From contig NC_014909.2 of the NCBI RefSeq assembly GCF_000185985.2, positions 1-32,000 on the forward strand: a DNA stretch of 32,000 nt. Reading direction: 5' to 3'. Positions 1 through 14,718 of this stretch are shown here, one piece after another. Position 1 is the first letter of the stretch. The number at the start of each line of letters is the position of its first letter. The notes under the pieces were generated by a model. It was not told the origin of the DNA, made no database searches, and was given only the letters and a program-made list of their open reading frames with translations. The stretch is from Candidatus Saccharimonadota bacterium (lineage in GTDB: Bacteria; Pseudomonadota; Gammaproteobacteria; Enterobacterales; Enterobacteriaceae). Made by a program: the position numbers and the translations under genes.

Positions 1-1911
1 ATGTCTTATTTAACTAATTTTGATGTTATTGTTGTAGGAGGTGGTCATGCTGGTACGGAAGCAGCATTAGCGGCATCTCAGTTAAAGTGTCATACTTTAT
101 TGATTACACATAATATTGATACTCTAGGACAGATGTCGTGTAATCCATCAATCGGTGGAATTGGTAAGGGTCATTTAGTAAAAGAAATAGATGCAATGGG
201 TGGAATAATGGCTAATGCTATTGATCGATCTGGAATTCAATTTAGAATATTAAACAGTAGTAAAGGCGCTGCAGTTAAATCGACAAGAGCACAAGCAGAT
301 AAGATTTTATATAAACAAATTATACGGCAATCTTTAGAAGATCAAAGTTATTTATATATTTTACAGGCGTCTGTAGAGGATGTAATTATTAGACACAATA
401 AAGTTATGGGGGTGATTATTCCAAATATAGAAATGAAGATTTTTGCAAGATCTGTGATCTTAACAACAGGTACTTTTCTTAATGGCAAAATTTATATTGG
501 AATGAATAATTTTGAAGGAGGAAGAGCAGGGGATTTAGAATCATCATCGTTATTGTCACGAAGATTACAAGAATTATCTTTAAAAGTGAATAGACTGAAA
601 ACTGGAACTTCTCCTAGGATATATGCTAAGGGAGTTAATTTTGAGTGTATGGTCGAGCAGCATAGTGATTGTCCTATTCCTGTTTTTTCTTTTATAGGAT
701 CGTCAAAACAACATCCTAAACAAATTCCGTGTTATATTACACATACAAATAGTAAAACACATGATATAATTAGATCTAATTTACATCATAGTCCTGTGTA
801 TGCAGGATTGATAAATGGGATTCCACCTCGTTATTGTCCATCTATTGAAGATAAGGTAATACGTTTTCCAGATAAAGATACACATCAAATTTTTTTAGAA
901 CCTGAGGGGTTGACTACATCAGAAATATACTTAAATGGTGTTGCTACTAGTTTACCATTCAACGTTCAAATACAAATCATTCAATCTATTAAAGGGTTAG
1001 AAAATGCTCGTATATTAAGACCTGGATATGCGATTGAATATGATTTTTTTAATCCTATAGATTTAAAGTTAACATTAGAAAGTAAATTTATTTCAGGTTT
1101 ATTTTTATCTGGTCAAATTAATGGCACTACTGGTTATGAAGAAGCAGCAGCACAAGGATTATTGTCTGGTATTAATGCGGCTAGGTATGCGCAAAATAAA
1201 ACAGAATGGTATCCGAAACGAGATCAGTCGTATTTGGGAGTATTAGTAGATGATTTATGTACCCATGGTACTACAGAACCGTATCGTATGTTTACATCTA
1301 GAGCAGAATATCGTTTATCTTTAAGAGAAGATAATGCTGATTTAAGATTAACTGATATTGCCCGACAGCTTGGATTAATTACTGATAATAGATGGAGAAT
1401 TTTTTGTGTGAAACAAGAAAATATTGAAAGGGAATTTCAAAGATTTCGCAATACTTATATTTTTCCAAATACTACAGATATTATTAAATTAAATAGCATT
1501 TTAAAGGTTCCTTTAATGAATAAGGTGAATGGAGAAGATTTATTAAAAAGACCGGAAATAAATTACGCTACTTTGTCCCAATTGAGTACTTTTAAACCAG
1601 TTATATCAGATAATCAAGTATATGAACAAATTGAGATTCAGATTAAGTATGCAGGCTATTTGAATCGTCAAAAAGAGGAAATTGATAGAAATTTGCGTAA
1701 TGAAGATACTTTATTACCTTTTGATATCAATTATAATAATATTGTTGGATTATCTACAGAGGTGGTAGAGAAGCTAAATTATTGTAGACCTTACTCTGTA
1801 GGACAAGCTTCTAGAATTTCAGGAATTACCCCTGTGGCTATTTCTATTTTATTAGTGTGGTTAAAAAAGAAAGGTTTACTTAAAAAAAAGAATAATATTA
1901 ATAGCGTATAA
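1..1911 (+). CDS. mnmG: tRNA uridine 5-carboxymethylaminomethyl modification enzyme MnmG (GidA), 636 aa, complete
   Basis: N-terminal FAD fold [15 protein letters not shown]. Full-length colinearity with enterobacterial GidA (~629 aa). ATG is window base 1 and the stop is TAA at 1909-1911. Confidence 0.97.
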   Translation: MSYLTNFDVIVVGGGHAGTEAALAASQLKCHTLLITHNIDTLGQMSCNPSIGGIGKGHLVKEIDAMGGIMANAIDRSGIQFRILNSSKGAAVKSTRAQADKILYKQIIRQSLEDQSYLYILQASVEDVIIRHNKVMGVIIPNIEMKIFARSVILTTGTFLNGKIYIGMNNFEGGRAGDLESSSLLSRRLQELSLKVNRLKTGTSPRIYAKGVNFECMVEQHSDCPIPVFSFIGSSKQHPKQIPCYITHTNSKTHDIIRSNLHHSPVYAGLINGIPPRYCPSIEDKVIRFPDKDTHQIFLEPEGLTTSEIYLNGVATSLPFNVQIQIIQSIKGLENARILRPGYAIEYDFFNPIDLKLTLESKFISGLFLSGQINGTTGYEEAAAQGLLSGINAARYAQNKTEWYPKRDQSYLGVLVDDLCTHGTTEPYRMFTSRAEYRLSLREDNADLRLTDIARQLGLITDNRWRIFCVKQENIEREFQRFRNTYIFPNTTDIIKLNSILKVPLMNKVNGEDLLKRPEINYATLSQLSTFKPVISDNQVYEQIEIQIKYAGYLNRQKEEIDRNLRNEDTLLPFDINYNNIVGLSTEVVEKLNYCRPYSVGQASRISGITPVAISILLVWLKKKGLLKKKNNINSV

Positions 1912-2403
1912 TATATTATGTATGTGTTATTATATAATTTTATTTGAGCCTTTGTGTAGATAATGAAGAATGGTTTTTTTGGGTTTATATTGAAATAATT
2001 TATAATATCAGATATTTATTATTTTCTTAGTGTAGTAAGAGTTTTAATAATGTTTGAATTATATTGATTAAAATTATTATAAAATGAGGGTAGTATATTA
2101 CTAACACAGTCCTATTTTATTATTTAATGTAATTTTTATTTTTAAACATCAGAATTATGTATTAATTGTTAAATAATTAGTTGATTTGTTAAATAAGATT
2201 TTCAAATTTAGGTAAGATTTGTATTGCTTTAAATATTTAAAGTAATGTAATGTTTTTATAAATTCAGAGAGAAAGATATATAAGTATTTTATATATCTAT
2301 ATATTTAAATATGAATGTGTTTGTAATAAAGATTATATAAAAGATAAATATATTAGTTTTTTAAATTATATTTAATGCAATTTAGTAGGAGTTTAGAGAA
2401 TAG

Positions 2404-3231
<828 letters not shown>

Positions 3232-3253
3232 TTTTTTGAAAGTGTAGTTTTAA

Positions 3254-3559
<306 letters not shown>

Positions 3560-3648
3560 TTTTAATGTATTATATTTTATATTATTGTGTATATAATTTT
3601 TTATATATATAAGTTTTTGTTTTTTTATTTTAAATTAGGTTTGATGCT

Positions 3649-4134
3649 GTGAATTTGAACGCAACAATATTAGGTCAGTCAGTTTCGTTTATTTTTTTTG
3701 TATGGTTTTGTATGAGATATGTATGGTCTCCGTTAATGTTGATTATTGAAAAACGTCGGAGAAAAATTTCTGATAGTTTAGAAAACATTAAACAATCAGA
3801 AATAAAATGCAAGCTTATGCATAATGAGGCGGAGATTTGTTTAAGGAAAGCTCGAATAAAATCTGAAGAAATTATTAAACATGCATATAAATGTAAATCT
3901 CAAATATTACATGATGCTCAACAAGAAGCTCATCAAGAATTTAGTAAGATTGTATGTAAAGCAAAAGCTCAAATCGATCAAGAAAGAAAACGTGTTGCTG
4001 ATGAATTAAGAAAAAAAATTGGGCAATTTATCATGGAAGGTGTAGAAAAGATTGTTGACAATAGATCAATTAGTAATATTATCTCTGATGATTATATTCA
4101 TGCTGTAGTGCAAACGTTATTGAATGAGGATTGA
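3649..4134 (+). CDS. atpF: F0F1 ATP synthase subunit b, 161 aa (GTG start)
   Basis: The N-terminus (M)NLNATILGQ is identical to E. coli AtpF, which also starts at GTG. It has one N-terminal TM segment followed by a long charged helix. The stop abuts the atpH ATG. Confidence 0.93.
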   Translation: MNLNATILGQSVSFIFFVWFCMRYVWSPLMLIIEKRRRKISDSLENIKQSEIKCKLMHNEAEICLRKARIKSEEIIKHAYKCKSQILHDAQQEAHQEFSKIVCKAKAQIDQERKRVADELRKKIGQFIMEGVEKIVDNRSISNIISDDYIHAVVQTLLNED

Positions 4135-4674
4135 ATGTTTTTTGAAAAGACTATAGCGTATGTTTATGCTAAAGCTGTATTCAGTTTAGCTACAGAGCAA
4201 AATAATATAATTTATTGGAAAACATTGCTTGAATTGTTCTCAAAGGTTAGTCAAAATTTTGTCATTAAATCTTTATGTTATAGATTGTTGTCTTCTCAAC
4301 AAATATTTGAAATTTTTATTAATATTTGTGAATGTTATGAAAAATTAGATTTTTTTAGTAAGAATTTTGTACGTATTGTTTCAGAAAATAATAGAGTATT
4401 ATTGTTTCCAGTTATTCTTGAACAATTTAATAGTTTAAATGATATATATATGAATGTTATAGCAGTAAAAGTAATTTCAGCTACAAAATTACATATTGCT
4501 CAAATTCAAAAAATTTCTACATGCATGACAAATTATTTATCTAAAATGGTAAAAATAGAATGTTCTATATGCCCAAATATTATTGGGGGTATAATAATTC
4601 GTATAGAAGATGTTGTAATTGATGGGAGTGTGAAAGGCCGAATATTGCGTTTACGGGATGTATTGCAATTTTGA
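4135..4674 (+). CDS. atpH: F0F1 ATP synthase subunit delta, 179 aa
   Basis: Position between atpF and atpA. The C-terminal GGIIIRIEDVVIDGSVKGRILRLRDVLQ matches E. coli [28 protein letters not shown]. Confidence 0.9.
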   Translation: MFFEKTIAYVYAKAVFSLATEQNNIIYWKTLLELFSKVSQNFVIKSLCYRLLSSQQIFEIFINICECYEKLDFFSKNFVRIVSENNRVLLFPVILEQFNSLNDIYMNVIAVKVISATKLHIAQIQKISTCMTNYLSKMVKIECSICPNIIGGIIIRIEDVVIDGSVKGRILRLRDVLQF

Positions 4675-4717
4675 TTATTTCATATTTTAATATATATTTT
4701 TTATGGTATAAAAATTT

Positions 4718-6259
4718 ATGCAATTAAATTCGAATGAGATTAGTGAATTAATAAAACGTCGTATCAAACAATATAATATTGAAGTTGAGATACGAAATGA
4801 AGGTACTATTACTACTGTAAGGGATGGAGTCATTCATATATATGGATTGTCTAATGTGATGCAAGGTGAAATGATTGCTTTGCCAGAACATAAATTTGCT
4901 GTTGCATTAAATTTAGAACGAAATTCTGTAGGAGCTGTAGTATTGGGGTCTTATGAGAATATCTCTGAAGGAATGTTAACTAAATGTACGGGGGATATTT
5001 TAAAAGTTCCAGTAGGTAAGGAATTATTGGGAAGAGTAGTAAATGCCTTGGGTATTCCTATAGATAATAAGGGTGCAGTAAATTGTTCTTGTTATTATCC
5101 TATAGAATCTAAAGCGCCAGGAGTTATTGATAGGCAATCAATTAGTGAACCTATTCAAACTGGTTATAAAGCTATTGATTCTATGATACCTATAGGTAAG
5201 GGTCAGCGTGAATTGATTATAGGAGATAGACAAACAGGGAAATCTGCATTAGCGATAGATACTATTATTAATCAACGTTTTAGTGGAGTAAAATGTATTT
5301 ATGTTGCTATTGGCCAAAAAGCAACAACTGTTGCTAATGTAGTAAAAAAATTGGAAGAACATAATGCATTAGGTAATACTATTGTGATTTTAGCTTCAGC
5401 ATCTGAATCTGCTGTGTTGCAATATTTGGCTCCATATGCTGGATGCGCAATGGGTGAATATTTCAGAAATCACGGGGAGGATGCGTTGATTGTATATGAT
5501 GATTTATCTAAGCAAGCTATAGCGTATCGTCAGATTTCTTTACTTTTAAAAAGACCACCAGGTAGAGAAGCGTATCCAGGAGATATATTTTATTTACATT
5601 CCCGTTTGTTAGAAAGATCAGCTAAAGTTAATGTGAATTATATTGAACATAATACTGAGGGCAGAGTTATGGGTAAAACAGGATCTTTAACTGCTTTGCC
5701 TATCATTGAGACTCAAGCTGGTGACGTATCTGCATTTATCCCAACTAATGTTATTTCTATAACTGATGGTCAAATCTTCTTAGAGTCTTATTTGTTTAAT
5801 GCTGGTATTCGTCCTGCGGTTAATCCAGGAATTTCTGTATCAAGAGTTGGGGGTGCTGCTCAAACTAATATTATGAAAACTTTATCGGGAGGCATTAGAA
5901 CTGCTTTAGCTCAATATAGAGAATTAGCTGCTTTTTCACAATTTTCTTCCGAATTAGATAGTTCAACTAGAAAACAATTACATCATGGACAAAAAGTAAC
6001 TGAATTATTAAAACAAAAGCAATATCACCCTATATCTATCGCATGTCAATCTTTAGTTTTATTTGCAGTAATTTTTGGTTATTTAGATGATATTGAGTTA
6101 TCTAAAATTGGTAGATTTGAATTTGAATTAGTATCGTACTTTATGCGAACTGAATCGGAATTAATTAAACATATTAATATAAATGGGTTATATGATAGTA
6201 CTATTGAGAGTAATTTTAAAAGAATTTTACAAGATTTTAAATTAAATCAATTTAATTAA
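4718..6259 (+). CDS. atpA: F0F1 ATP synthase subunit alpha, 513 aa
   Basis: Walker A GDRQTGKS, with highly conserved F1-alpha sequence throughout. The length equals E. coli AtpA (513 aa). Confidence 0.98.
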   Translation: MQLNSNEISELIKRRIKQYNIEVEIRNEGTITTVRDGVIHIYGLSNVMQGEMIALPEHKFAVALNLERNSVGAVVLGSYENISEGMLTKCTGDILKVPVGKELLGRVVNALGIPIDNKGAVNCSCYYPIESKAPGVIDRQSISEPIQTGYKAIDSMIPIGKGQRELIIGDRQTGKSALAIDTIINQRFSGVKCIYVAIGQKATTVANVVKKLEEHNALGNTIVILASASESAVLQYLAPYAGCAMGEYFRNHGEDALIVYDDLSKQAIAYRQISLLLKRPPGREAYPGDIFYLHSRLLERSAKVNVNYIEHNTEGRVMGKTGSLTALPIIETQAGDVSAFIPTNVISITDGQIFLESYLFNAGIRPAVNPGISVSRVGGAAQTNIMKTLSGGIRTALAQYRELAAFSQFSSELDSSTRKQLHHGQKVTELLKQKQYHPISIACQSLVLFAVIFGYLDDIELSKIGRFEFELVSYFMRTESELIKHININGLYDSTIESNFKRILQDFKLNQFN

Positions 6260-6269
6260 TTACAATAAA

Positions 6270-8575
<2,306 letters not shown>

Positions 8576-8639
8576 TTTTAAATTTTTTATTTTTATAATA
8601 TTATTTATCATGTATATGGTACCGTAGGTATTATAAGAA

Positions 8640-9059
8640 ATGATTACTTATAATTTTCAATTACATGTTGTTTCTGTTGAAAAAAAATTGTTTGATGGAA
8701 TCATTAATAAGATTCAAGTTATGGGGGTAGAAGGGGAAATGGGGATTTACCCTGGTCATTCTCCGTTTATTACTTTCATTAAACCTGGGATTTTAAAAAT
8801 TTCTAAATTATGTAATTCCGAAGAGTATATGTATTTATCAGGAGGAATACTTGAAGTGCAACCTAATATAGTGATTATATTAGCAGATATGGCAATTAGA
8901 GCAGAAGATTTAGATGAAAAGAAAGCCCAGGAATCTAAGCGTTTAGCAGAAGAAAAAATTAAAAATATGACTAGTAGAGGCGTGGATTATATTAAAATTT
9001 CTACAGAAATATCTAAAGCTATTGCTCAACTGAGATTGATTGAGTTATTAAAAAAATAG
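8640..9059 (+). CDS. atpC: F0F1 ATP synthase subunit epsilon, 139 aa
   Basis: Last gene of the atp block. The length matches E. coli AtpC (139 aa), and the GxxGIxPGHxP motif is present ([11 protein letters not shown]). Confidence 0.93.
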   Translation: MITYNFQLHVVSVEKKLFDGIINKIQVMGVEGEMGIYPGHSPFITFIKPGILKISKLCNSEEYMYLSGGILEVQPNIVIILADMAIRAEDLDEKKAQESKRLAEEKIKNMTSRGVDYIKISTEISKAIAQLRLIELLKK

Positions 9060-9251
9060 TGTAATTATTTATATACAATATTGGTAATTAAAAAGTTAAA
9101 ATTTGTAAAGTGTGTTTTTAGTTTTTTAGTATAAAGTGATTTATTTGTTTGTAATGCTACTGATCATAATGGTAGCAATGAATTATAATTTGGTTTTTAA
9201 CTGTGTGTTATGTATATATATTATATATGAAATTATATTGTAAATTTAAGT

Positions 9252-10649
9252 ATGTGTACTGTGTGGAATAAAAATTTTAATGTTATTATTCTTGCTGCTG
9301 GGTATGGAGAAAGAATGCTATCGGATATTCCAAAGGTTATGCATAAAATAGCCGGCAAATCTATGTTACAGCATTTAATTGATTCTGTGTGTGAATTGGA
9401 TATCCAACTGTCTATATATGTAGTATATAGTTGTAAGAAAGATATGTTTGTTAATTCAATTTGTATAAATGATAAAAATATATCTATTTCTTGGGTATTT
9501 CAAGGCATTCCTAAAGGAACAGGACATGCAGTACAGAAAGTTCTTCCCATGTTGTATGAAGATTCTGAAATTTTAGTTTTATATGGTGACGTGCCTTTGA
9601 TATCTAGTAGGACTTTAAAAAAATTATTGAGCGTTAAATTGGAAAGTGATATTGCGCTATTGACAGCTAATGTTAATGATCCCACAGGGTATGGAAGGAT
9701 AATACGTAATGAATTTGGACAGGTAATTGATATTAAAGAAGATTCTGATATTGTTAATGATAATCATAGAAAAATTACAGAAATTAATTCTGGAATTTTT
9801 ATTTCTGTTTCAAAATATATAAAAAATTGGGTGGGAATAGTACAAAATAATAATGTAAAAAATGAATTGTATTTGACTGATATTTTTAAGATTGCTTATC
9901 AAAATAAATATAGAATTAATACTATTAATCCAATTGATGAGTTTGAAATTATTGGAATAAATAGTAAACTGGATTTAATTAAGGTAGAACGAATATATCA
10001 GAAAAATCAGGCATATAATTTTGTAAAATCAGGAGTAGTTATATTAGATCCGTATAGATTTGATTTAAGAGGAACTTTAGTGTGTGGAAAGGATGTGTAT
10101 ATTGATGTTAATGTGATTATTGAAGGATGCGTGTCTTTAGGAAATCGAGTTAAAATTGGAGCAGGTTGTATATTAAAAAATGTAGAAATTGGAGATGATG
10201 TTATTATTTGTCCATTTTCTTTTATAGAGAATTCTAAAATAAGTTTTGCAAGTAAAATTGGTCCGTTTTCTCGATTAAGACCAAATACACAATTAGGAGA
10301 AAAAACATATATAGGAAATTTTGTTGAATTAAAAAATGTGCAATTAGGTAAAAAATCAAAAGTTGGCCATCTTAGTTATTTAGGTGATGCTCAAATAGGA
10401 AATCAAGTTAATATAGGAGCGGGAACTATTATTTGCAATTATGATGGTATAAAAAAACATCAAACTTATATTGAAGATGATGTTTTTATTGGATCTGATA
10501 GTCAGTTAATTGCTCCTATTAGAATTGGAAAGAGTGCGATTATTGGAGCTGGTACTACGGTAACTAAAAATGTAGAAGAAGGAAAGACAGTTATTAGCAG
10601 AATACAGCAATTTTCTATTTCAAATAAAAAATATACTGATAAAAAATAA
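9252..10649 (+). CDS. glmU: Bifunctional UDP-N-acetylglucosamine pyrophosphorylase / GlcN-1-P acetyltransferase, 465 aa
   Basis: N-terminal nucleotidyltransferase motif [12 protein letters not shown] (E. coli VVILAAGKGTRM). The C-terminal half consists of left-handed beta-helix hexapeptide repeats. It sits directly downstream of atpC as in E. coli. Confidence 0.93.
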   Translation: MCTVWNKNFNVIILAAGYGERMLSDIPKVMHKIAGKSMLQHLIDSVCELDIQLSIYVVYSCKKDMFVNSICINDKNISISWVFQGIPKGTGHAVQKVLPMLYEDSEILVLYGDVPLISSRTLKKLLSVKLESDIALLTANVNDPTGYGRIIRNEFGQVIDIKEDSDIVNDNHRKITEINSGIFISVSKYIKNWVGIVQNNNVKNELYLTDIFKIAYQNKYRINTINPIDEFEIIGINSKLDLIKVERIYQKNQAYNFVKSGVVILDPYRFDLRGTLVCGKDVYIDVNVIIEGCVSLGNRVKIGAGCILKNVEIGDDVIICPFSFIENSKISFASKIGPFSRLRPNTQLGEKTYIGNFVELKNVQLGKKSKVGHLSYLGDAQIGNQVNIGAGTIICNYDGIKKHQTYIEDDVFIGSDSQLIAPIRIGKSAIIGAGTTVTKNVEEGKTVISRIQQFSISNKKYTDKK

Positions 10650-10718
10650 AGTCATAATTAAATGATGTGCTATATACCATTGTGGTAAATGACGAATACA
10701 ATTAATTTTATTTAAAAA

Positions 10719-12143
10719 TTATTTTCCAATGCAAAATGAACTAAAAATTTTTTTTAATAAATTATCAGGAGTAGATTTTCCAAATATTTTATTCAGTTCA
10801 TCGTGGGCGTATCTTAAATCTTCAGCAAAACGATCATTAATGATGGTTACTCCACAGTAGTAGTGGTTTAGTTGTTTTTGAGCAGATAATAGATATTGAT
10901 AAGCGTTTTTAATTATGTTCAAATGTCTTTGTCGAGCAATAAAATTGTTTTGATTTTCTTCAATAGAATGGGGTAGTGTATAATGTTGTATTTTATGTTT
11001 GGTATTGTTATAAAGATATTTTTTTAGTAAGTCTATTCCAGAGTTTAATAATGCAGATAAAGTTATGCATGTATATCCATTTATTATATAGATCCCGTTT
11101 TTTTCTAAACTTAAATCAGATTTGTTTCGTATAATTGTAATAGTCGTTTTTTTATTTATATTTGGAAGAGTTTTTTGTAAAGGAAGTAACATATCATCAT
11201 ATTTATTGGAGCAAGAACTAGAATCTACAACCCATAAAATGTGATCAGCTAATTTTAATTCATTTTTTGCGCGTTTTATTCCAATAAGTTCAATTTCATT
11301 AGTACTATGTTCTTGTAATCCTGCAGTATCCGTAATATGAAATGTTATCCCGTTTAATTGAATAGTTTCATATAAAGTATCCCGTGTAGTTCCAGGTATT
11401 GAACTAATAATAGCACGGTCAAGGTTTATGAGTGCATTAAATAAACTAGATTTTCCAGCATTAGGTTTTCCTGCGATTATTATTTTTATTCCATCTCGTA
11501 ATAAAGAGCCAGAATATGCTGATTTATATATTTTGTCTGTTTCTGTGATTATATTTTTCAGAATTTTTTTTATTTTGTTGTATGAGATAGTGTCAATGTC
11601 TTGATCTGAAAAATCAATAGTTGATTCAACATGCATACGACAATATATGATTTTATCTAAAATATTGTGAATTTGATTAGAGAAGAACCCTTGTAAAGAA
11701 TTGTATGCTGCCTTAGCGGCTTGATAGGAAGTAGCGTCAATAATATCAGCTATTGATTCAGCTTGAATAAGATCTATTTTGTTATTTAAAAATGCTCTTT
11801 CGGTGAATTCTCCAGGATTAGCTAGTCGTATTTTAGAAGATATTTCTAAAATACGACTTAATAATATATTTAATATTATATATCCTCCGTGCCCGTGTAT
11901 TTCTAATATATTTTCTCCTGTAAAGGAATGGGGTTTTGGGAAAAACAATGTAATTACTTTTTCTATTGTAGATCCTTGTTTATCTCGAAATGGTAAGTAT
12001 TCTGCTGTTCTAGGTTTAGGTACTTTTCCTAATAATTCTAAAGCAATTTCCGGTATTAATTCGCCGGATATACGTATAATTCCAATACCACCTCTTCCTA
12101 TTGGAGTAGAAATAGCAGCAATTGTATCAGAATAATATTTCAT
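10719..12143 (-). CDS. mnmE: tRNA modification GTPase MnmE (TrmE), 474 aa
   Basis: G-domain motifs GKPNAGKSS, DTAG and NKSD. The diagnostic C-terminal FCIGK is present. It lies downstream of yidC as in E. coli. Confidence 0.96.
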   Translation of the reverse strand: MKYYSDTIAAISTPIGRGGIGIIRISGELIPEIALELLGKVPKPRTAEYLPFRDKQGSTIEKVITLFFPKPHSFTGENILEIHGHGGYIILNILLSRILEISSKIRLANPGEFTERAFLNNKIDLIQAESIADIIDATSYQAAKAAYNSLQGFFSNQIHNILDKIIYCRMHVESTIDFSDQDIDTISYNKIKKILKNIITETDKIYKSAYSGSLLRDGIKIIIAGKPNAGKSSLFNALINLDRAIISSIPGTTRDTLYETIQLNGITFHITDTAGLQEHSTNEIELIGIKRAKNELKLADHILWVVDSSSCSNKYDDMLLPLQKTLPNINKKTTITIIRNKSDLSLEKNGIYIINGYTCITLSALLNSGIDLLKKYLYNNTKHKIQHYTLPHSIEENQNNFIARQRHLNIIKNAYQYLLSAQKQLNHYYCGVTIINDRFAEDLRYAHDELNKIFGKSTPDNLLKKIFSSFCIGK

Positions 12144-12247
12144 AATAATGTTTTATATATGGGTATAATAATTATGGTATAATCGATTATTTTTTAGTAT
12201 TTAAAAGTTTAATATTTTGATTCAGTATACATATAATTATTATTACT

Positions 12248-13936
12248 TTATGATCTATGTATGTTCATATTATTTTTTTTTGATAATCCATGGTAAATAA
12301 TGTGTTGTTGAATAATAGTAATAACGTTACTAATGATATAATATAACACCAATCCTGATGGAAACCATAGAAAAAATACAGTAAAAGCTGTTAACATAAT
12401 TGTCATGATTTTTTTTTGTGTTGGGTCAGTGATAGTGGTTGGGGCTAATTTTTGTATTAAAAGCATAGTTATGCCCATAATAATTGGTAAAATATAATAA
12501 GGATCTTGTGTAGATAAATCGTTAATCCATAGCATAAATTTGGCGTGTCTTAATTCAACTGAATTTGATAGCATATAATATAACGCTAAAAAAATTGGCA
12601 TTTGTATTAATAAAGGCAAACATCCTCCTAGTGGGTTAACTTTTTCTTTTTTGTATAGTTCTATAGTTTTTTGATGACATTGATATTTATTATGTTTATA
12701 TTTTTCTTGTATTAAAACAAGTTTTGGTTGTAACATACGCATTTTTGCCATAGAGGTATATTGCGCTTTTGTGAGGGGATACATAATAATTCGGATTATT
12801 ATTGTGATTAATATGATTGATACTCCCCAATTATTTATATAGTTGTGAATTAATTGTAATAATTTAAATAATGGTTGGGAAATAAACCAGAACCAGCCAT
12901 AATCAATAACTAAATTTAAATTTGGAGCTATTGTTGATTTAATATGGTCTTGAATTTTAGGTCCAATCCATAAAATTGTTTGAAATTCCTTTTTTTGTCC
13001 AGGTGGAATCTGTATCAAATCAGATTGAAATCCTATAGACATATAATGATCATCAATGTAAGTAGTGTGAAAAACGTTATTAACGGGGGTGATAGGTAAC
13101 CATGCTACTACGAAATATTTTTGTAATAATGCAACCCATCCTCCTATACTGTGAATATTTAAATTATTGTGCTTCATATCATTAAAGCTATATTTTTGAT
13201 ATTTTTCTTTATTGGTAGAGTATGCAGATCCTTCGTATTCGGAAGATAAGTATATTTTATTTTTATTATTTTTTAATGGAATCGGTAAGTAATATTGTGA
13301 TTGTACTAAATTGCCAAGTATTCTAGTATATATGGAATGAATACTAGTATTATCTATAGTATGATTTATGGTGATAAAGTAATTGTTTCTATGAAATAGG
13401 TATTGTTTAGTGTAAATAATACCGTTGGGGTCGTAATGCATTAAAGTAAATTGGAGTGTATTTTTGTTATTTTTAAGAATATATTTGTTTTGATTATTTA
13501 TATCAGTATATAAAAATTTTTTACATTGATTTTCTTCATTTGAAAGATTTGTGTTTGTTGTTAATTCGCTGTAAGTTTGGTATTGATATTTTTTTGATGA
13601 ATTTAATAATCGCAATGGTTGTTGAGAATTTAAATTGTCTAAATATTTTAGAAGATAAGCGTCTTCAATATTTCCTCCATATTTATTGATTTTTAATAAA
13701 AAAACATCGGTTTGCACTGTGATTATATCTTTATTTTCTGAATGAACAATATTTTTTTGTATGTTGTTTGGTGGTGTAGAAGATGATATTTTAGAATTTA
13801 GGTATGAATTTGTATAGTTATCTTTTAAATTATTTAAATGAGTTTTTTGATAGTAATGCTCAATTTCCCATGTTTGCCATAATATAAATGAAATGATTAA
13901 AAAAATTCCAATAAAAAAATTGCGTTGTGAATCCAT
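12248..13936 (-). CDS. yidC: Membrane protein insertase YidC, 562 aa counted from the internal ATG at 13936
   Basis: MDSQRNFFIGIFLIISFILWQTWE matches the E. coli YidC N-terminus [24 protein letters not shown]. It has a large periplasmic P1 domain followed by the conserved 5-TM core (GWFWFISQPLFKLL, GGCLPLLIQMPIFLALY). The track ORF extends upstream to 14200 because no stop separates it from yidD. Confidence 0.93.
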   Translation of the reverse strand: MDSQRNFFIGIFLIISFILWQTWEIEHYYQKTHLNNLKDNYTNSYLNSKISSSTPPNNIQKNIVHSENKDIITVQTDVFLLKINKYGGNIEDAYLLKYLDNLNSQQPLRLLNSSKKYQYQTYSELTTNTNLSNEENQCKKFLYTDINNQNKYILKNNKNTLQFTLMHYDPNGIIYTKQYLFHRNNYFITINHTIDNTSIHSIYTRILGNLVQSQYYLPIPLKNNKNKIYLSSEYEGSAYSTNKEKYQKYSFNDMKHNNLNIHSIGGWVALLQKYFVVAWLPITPVNNVFHTTYIDDHYMSIGFQSDLIQIPPGQKKEFQTILWIGPKIQDHIKSTIAPNLNLVIDYGWFWFISQPLFKLLQLIHNYINNWGVSIILITIIIRIIMYPLTKAQYTSMAKMRMLQPKLVLIQEKYKHNKYQCHQKTIELYKKEKVNPLGGCLPLLIQMPIFLALYYMLSNSVELRHAKFMLWINDLSTQDPYYILPIIMGITMLLIQKLAPTTITDPTQKKIMTIMLTAFTVFFLWFPSGLVLYYIISNVITIIQQHIIYHGLSKKNNMNIHRS

Positions 13937-14200
13937 ATTCACTATATCCTTAGTTTTTTCATGTTGAAAGGAGTGGTAATTTTTATTTTTTTTAAAATTT
14001 AAAGGGTGGCATTGTAAAATACGAATACATATTTTCCAAATACCTTTTAATATTCCAAATTGAAGTATGGAATTAATTCCGTATTGTGAACATGTTATGG
14101 AGAAACGGCAATGATGCCCTAATATAGGGCTAATTGTTATTTGGTATGCGCGTATTAACCATATTATTAATTTTGTTATTAGTATTCGTGTTGCTTCCAT
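13937..14200 (-). CDS. yidD: Membrane protein insertion efficiency factor YidD module, 88 codons, with no stop codon of its own, in frame with yidC
   Basis: LIRAYQITISPILGHHCRFSITCSQYGINSILQFGILKGIWKICIRILQCHP compares with E. coli YidD [52 protein letters not shown]. The start overlaps the rnpA 3' end by 22 nt in another frame. Confidence 0.8.
13947..13951 (-). promoter_or_regulatory. Shine-Dalgarno-like AAGGA 10 nt upstream of the internal yidC ATG
   Basis: The minus strand reads ctAAGGAtatagtgaatATGgattca. This could allow independent YidC initiation inside the yidD-yidC reading frame. A purine-rich pentamer in an AT-rich genome is weak evidence on its own. Confidence 0.35.
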
Positions 14201-14526
14201 AGTTTTTTAAATTCTTCATTTAAATTGTTATGTTTTAAATAAAGAATTTTTTTTGAATAAATAGTTAATACAAAATCTAAATTTAATAAGTTATGTTGAA
14301 GTATTCGAAAGGTTTCTCGTGCGTGTCGTTTAATTGTATTTCGGTCATGCGCTCGGTTGATATATTTTTTTGAAATAGCTAATCCTATTCTAGGAAATCC
14401 TAATTGATTAGGTCGACTAAATAAAAGTATACCATTTGATTTAATAATTTTTTTTGCTTTAAAAACAGAGAAGAATTCTTTAGAATTTAATAATTTTGTT
14501 TGTTTTGATAAACGGATTCTATTCAT
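14179..14526 (-). CDS. rnpA: RNase P protein component, 115 aa
   Basis: The RNR motif region GFPRIGLAISKKYINRAHDRNTIKRHARETFR matches E. coli [32 protein letters not shown]. It is downstream of rpmH in the conserved rpmH-rnpA-yidD-yidC-mnmE cluster. Confidence 0.9.
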   Translation of the reverse strand: MNRIRLSKQTKLLNSKEFFSVFKAKKIIKSNGILLFSRPNQLGFPRIGLAISKKYINRAHDRNTIKRHARETFRILQHNLLNLDFVLTIYSKKILYLKHNNLNEEFKKLWKQHEY

Positions 14527-14577
14527 TTTGAATTTTATTCATTTCTGATAGAAATATGTTTGAGATTCTTAAAATTT

Positions 14578-14718
14578 TTAAGAAGATGTCGATAATCTAA
14601 TCCGACCCTTGGATCTTCGTCTTGATATTATATGTCTTCCATTTTTAGTAGACATTCTAATTCTAAATCCATGAGTTCGGTTTCGTTTTAATATAGAAGG
14701 TTGAAAGGTACGTTTCAT
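14578..14718 (-). CDS. rpmH: 50S ribosomal protein L34, 46 aa (absent from the supplied ORF track)
   Basis: Manual translation of the minus strand gives [47 protein letters not shown]. coli L34 is [46 protein letters not shown]. The ATG is the complement of 14716-14718 and the TAA is the complement of 14578-14580. Confidence 0.95.
   Translation of the reverse strand: MKRTFQPSILKRNRTHGFRIRMSTKNGRHIISRRRSKGRIRLSTSS

Noticed and set aside
11779-12135. A 118-aa plus-strand ORF, the longest non-annotated ORF in the track
   Set aside because: It lies entirely antisense to the highly conserved N-terminal domain of mnmE. It has no recognisable motifs. Long antisense ORFs are expected where the sense frame is stop-poor.
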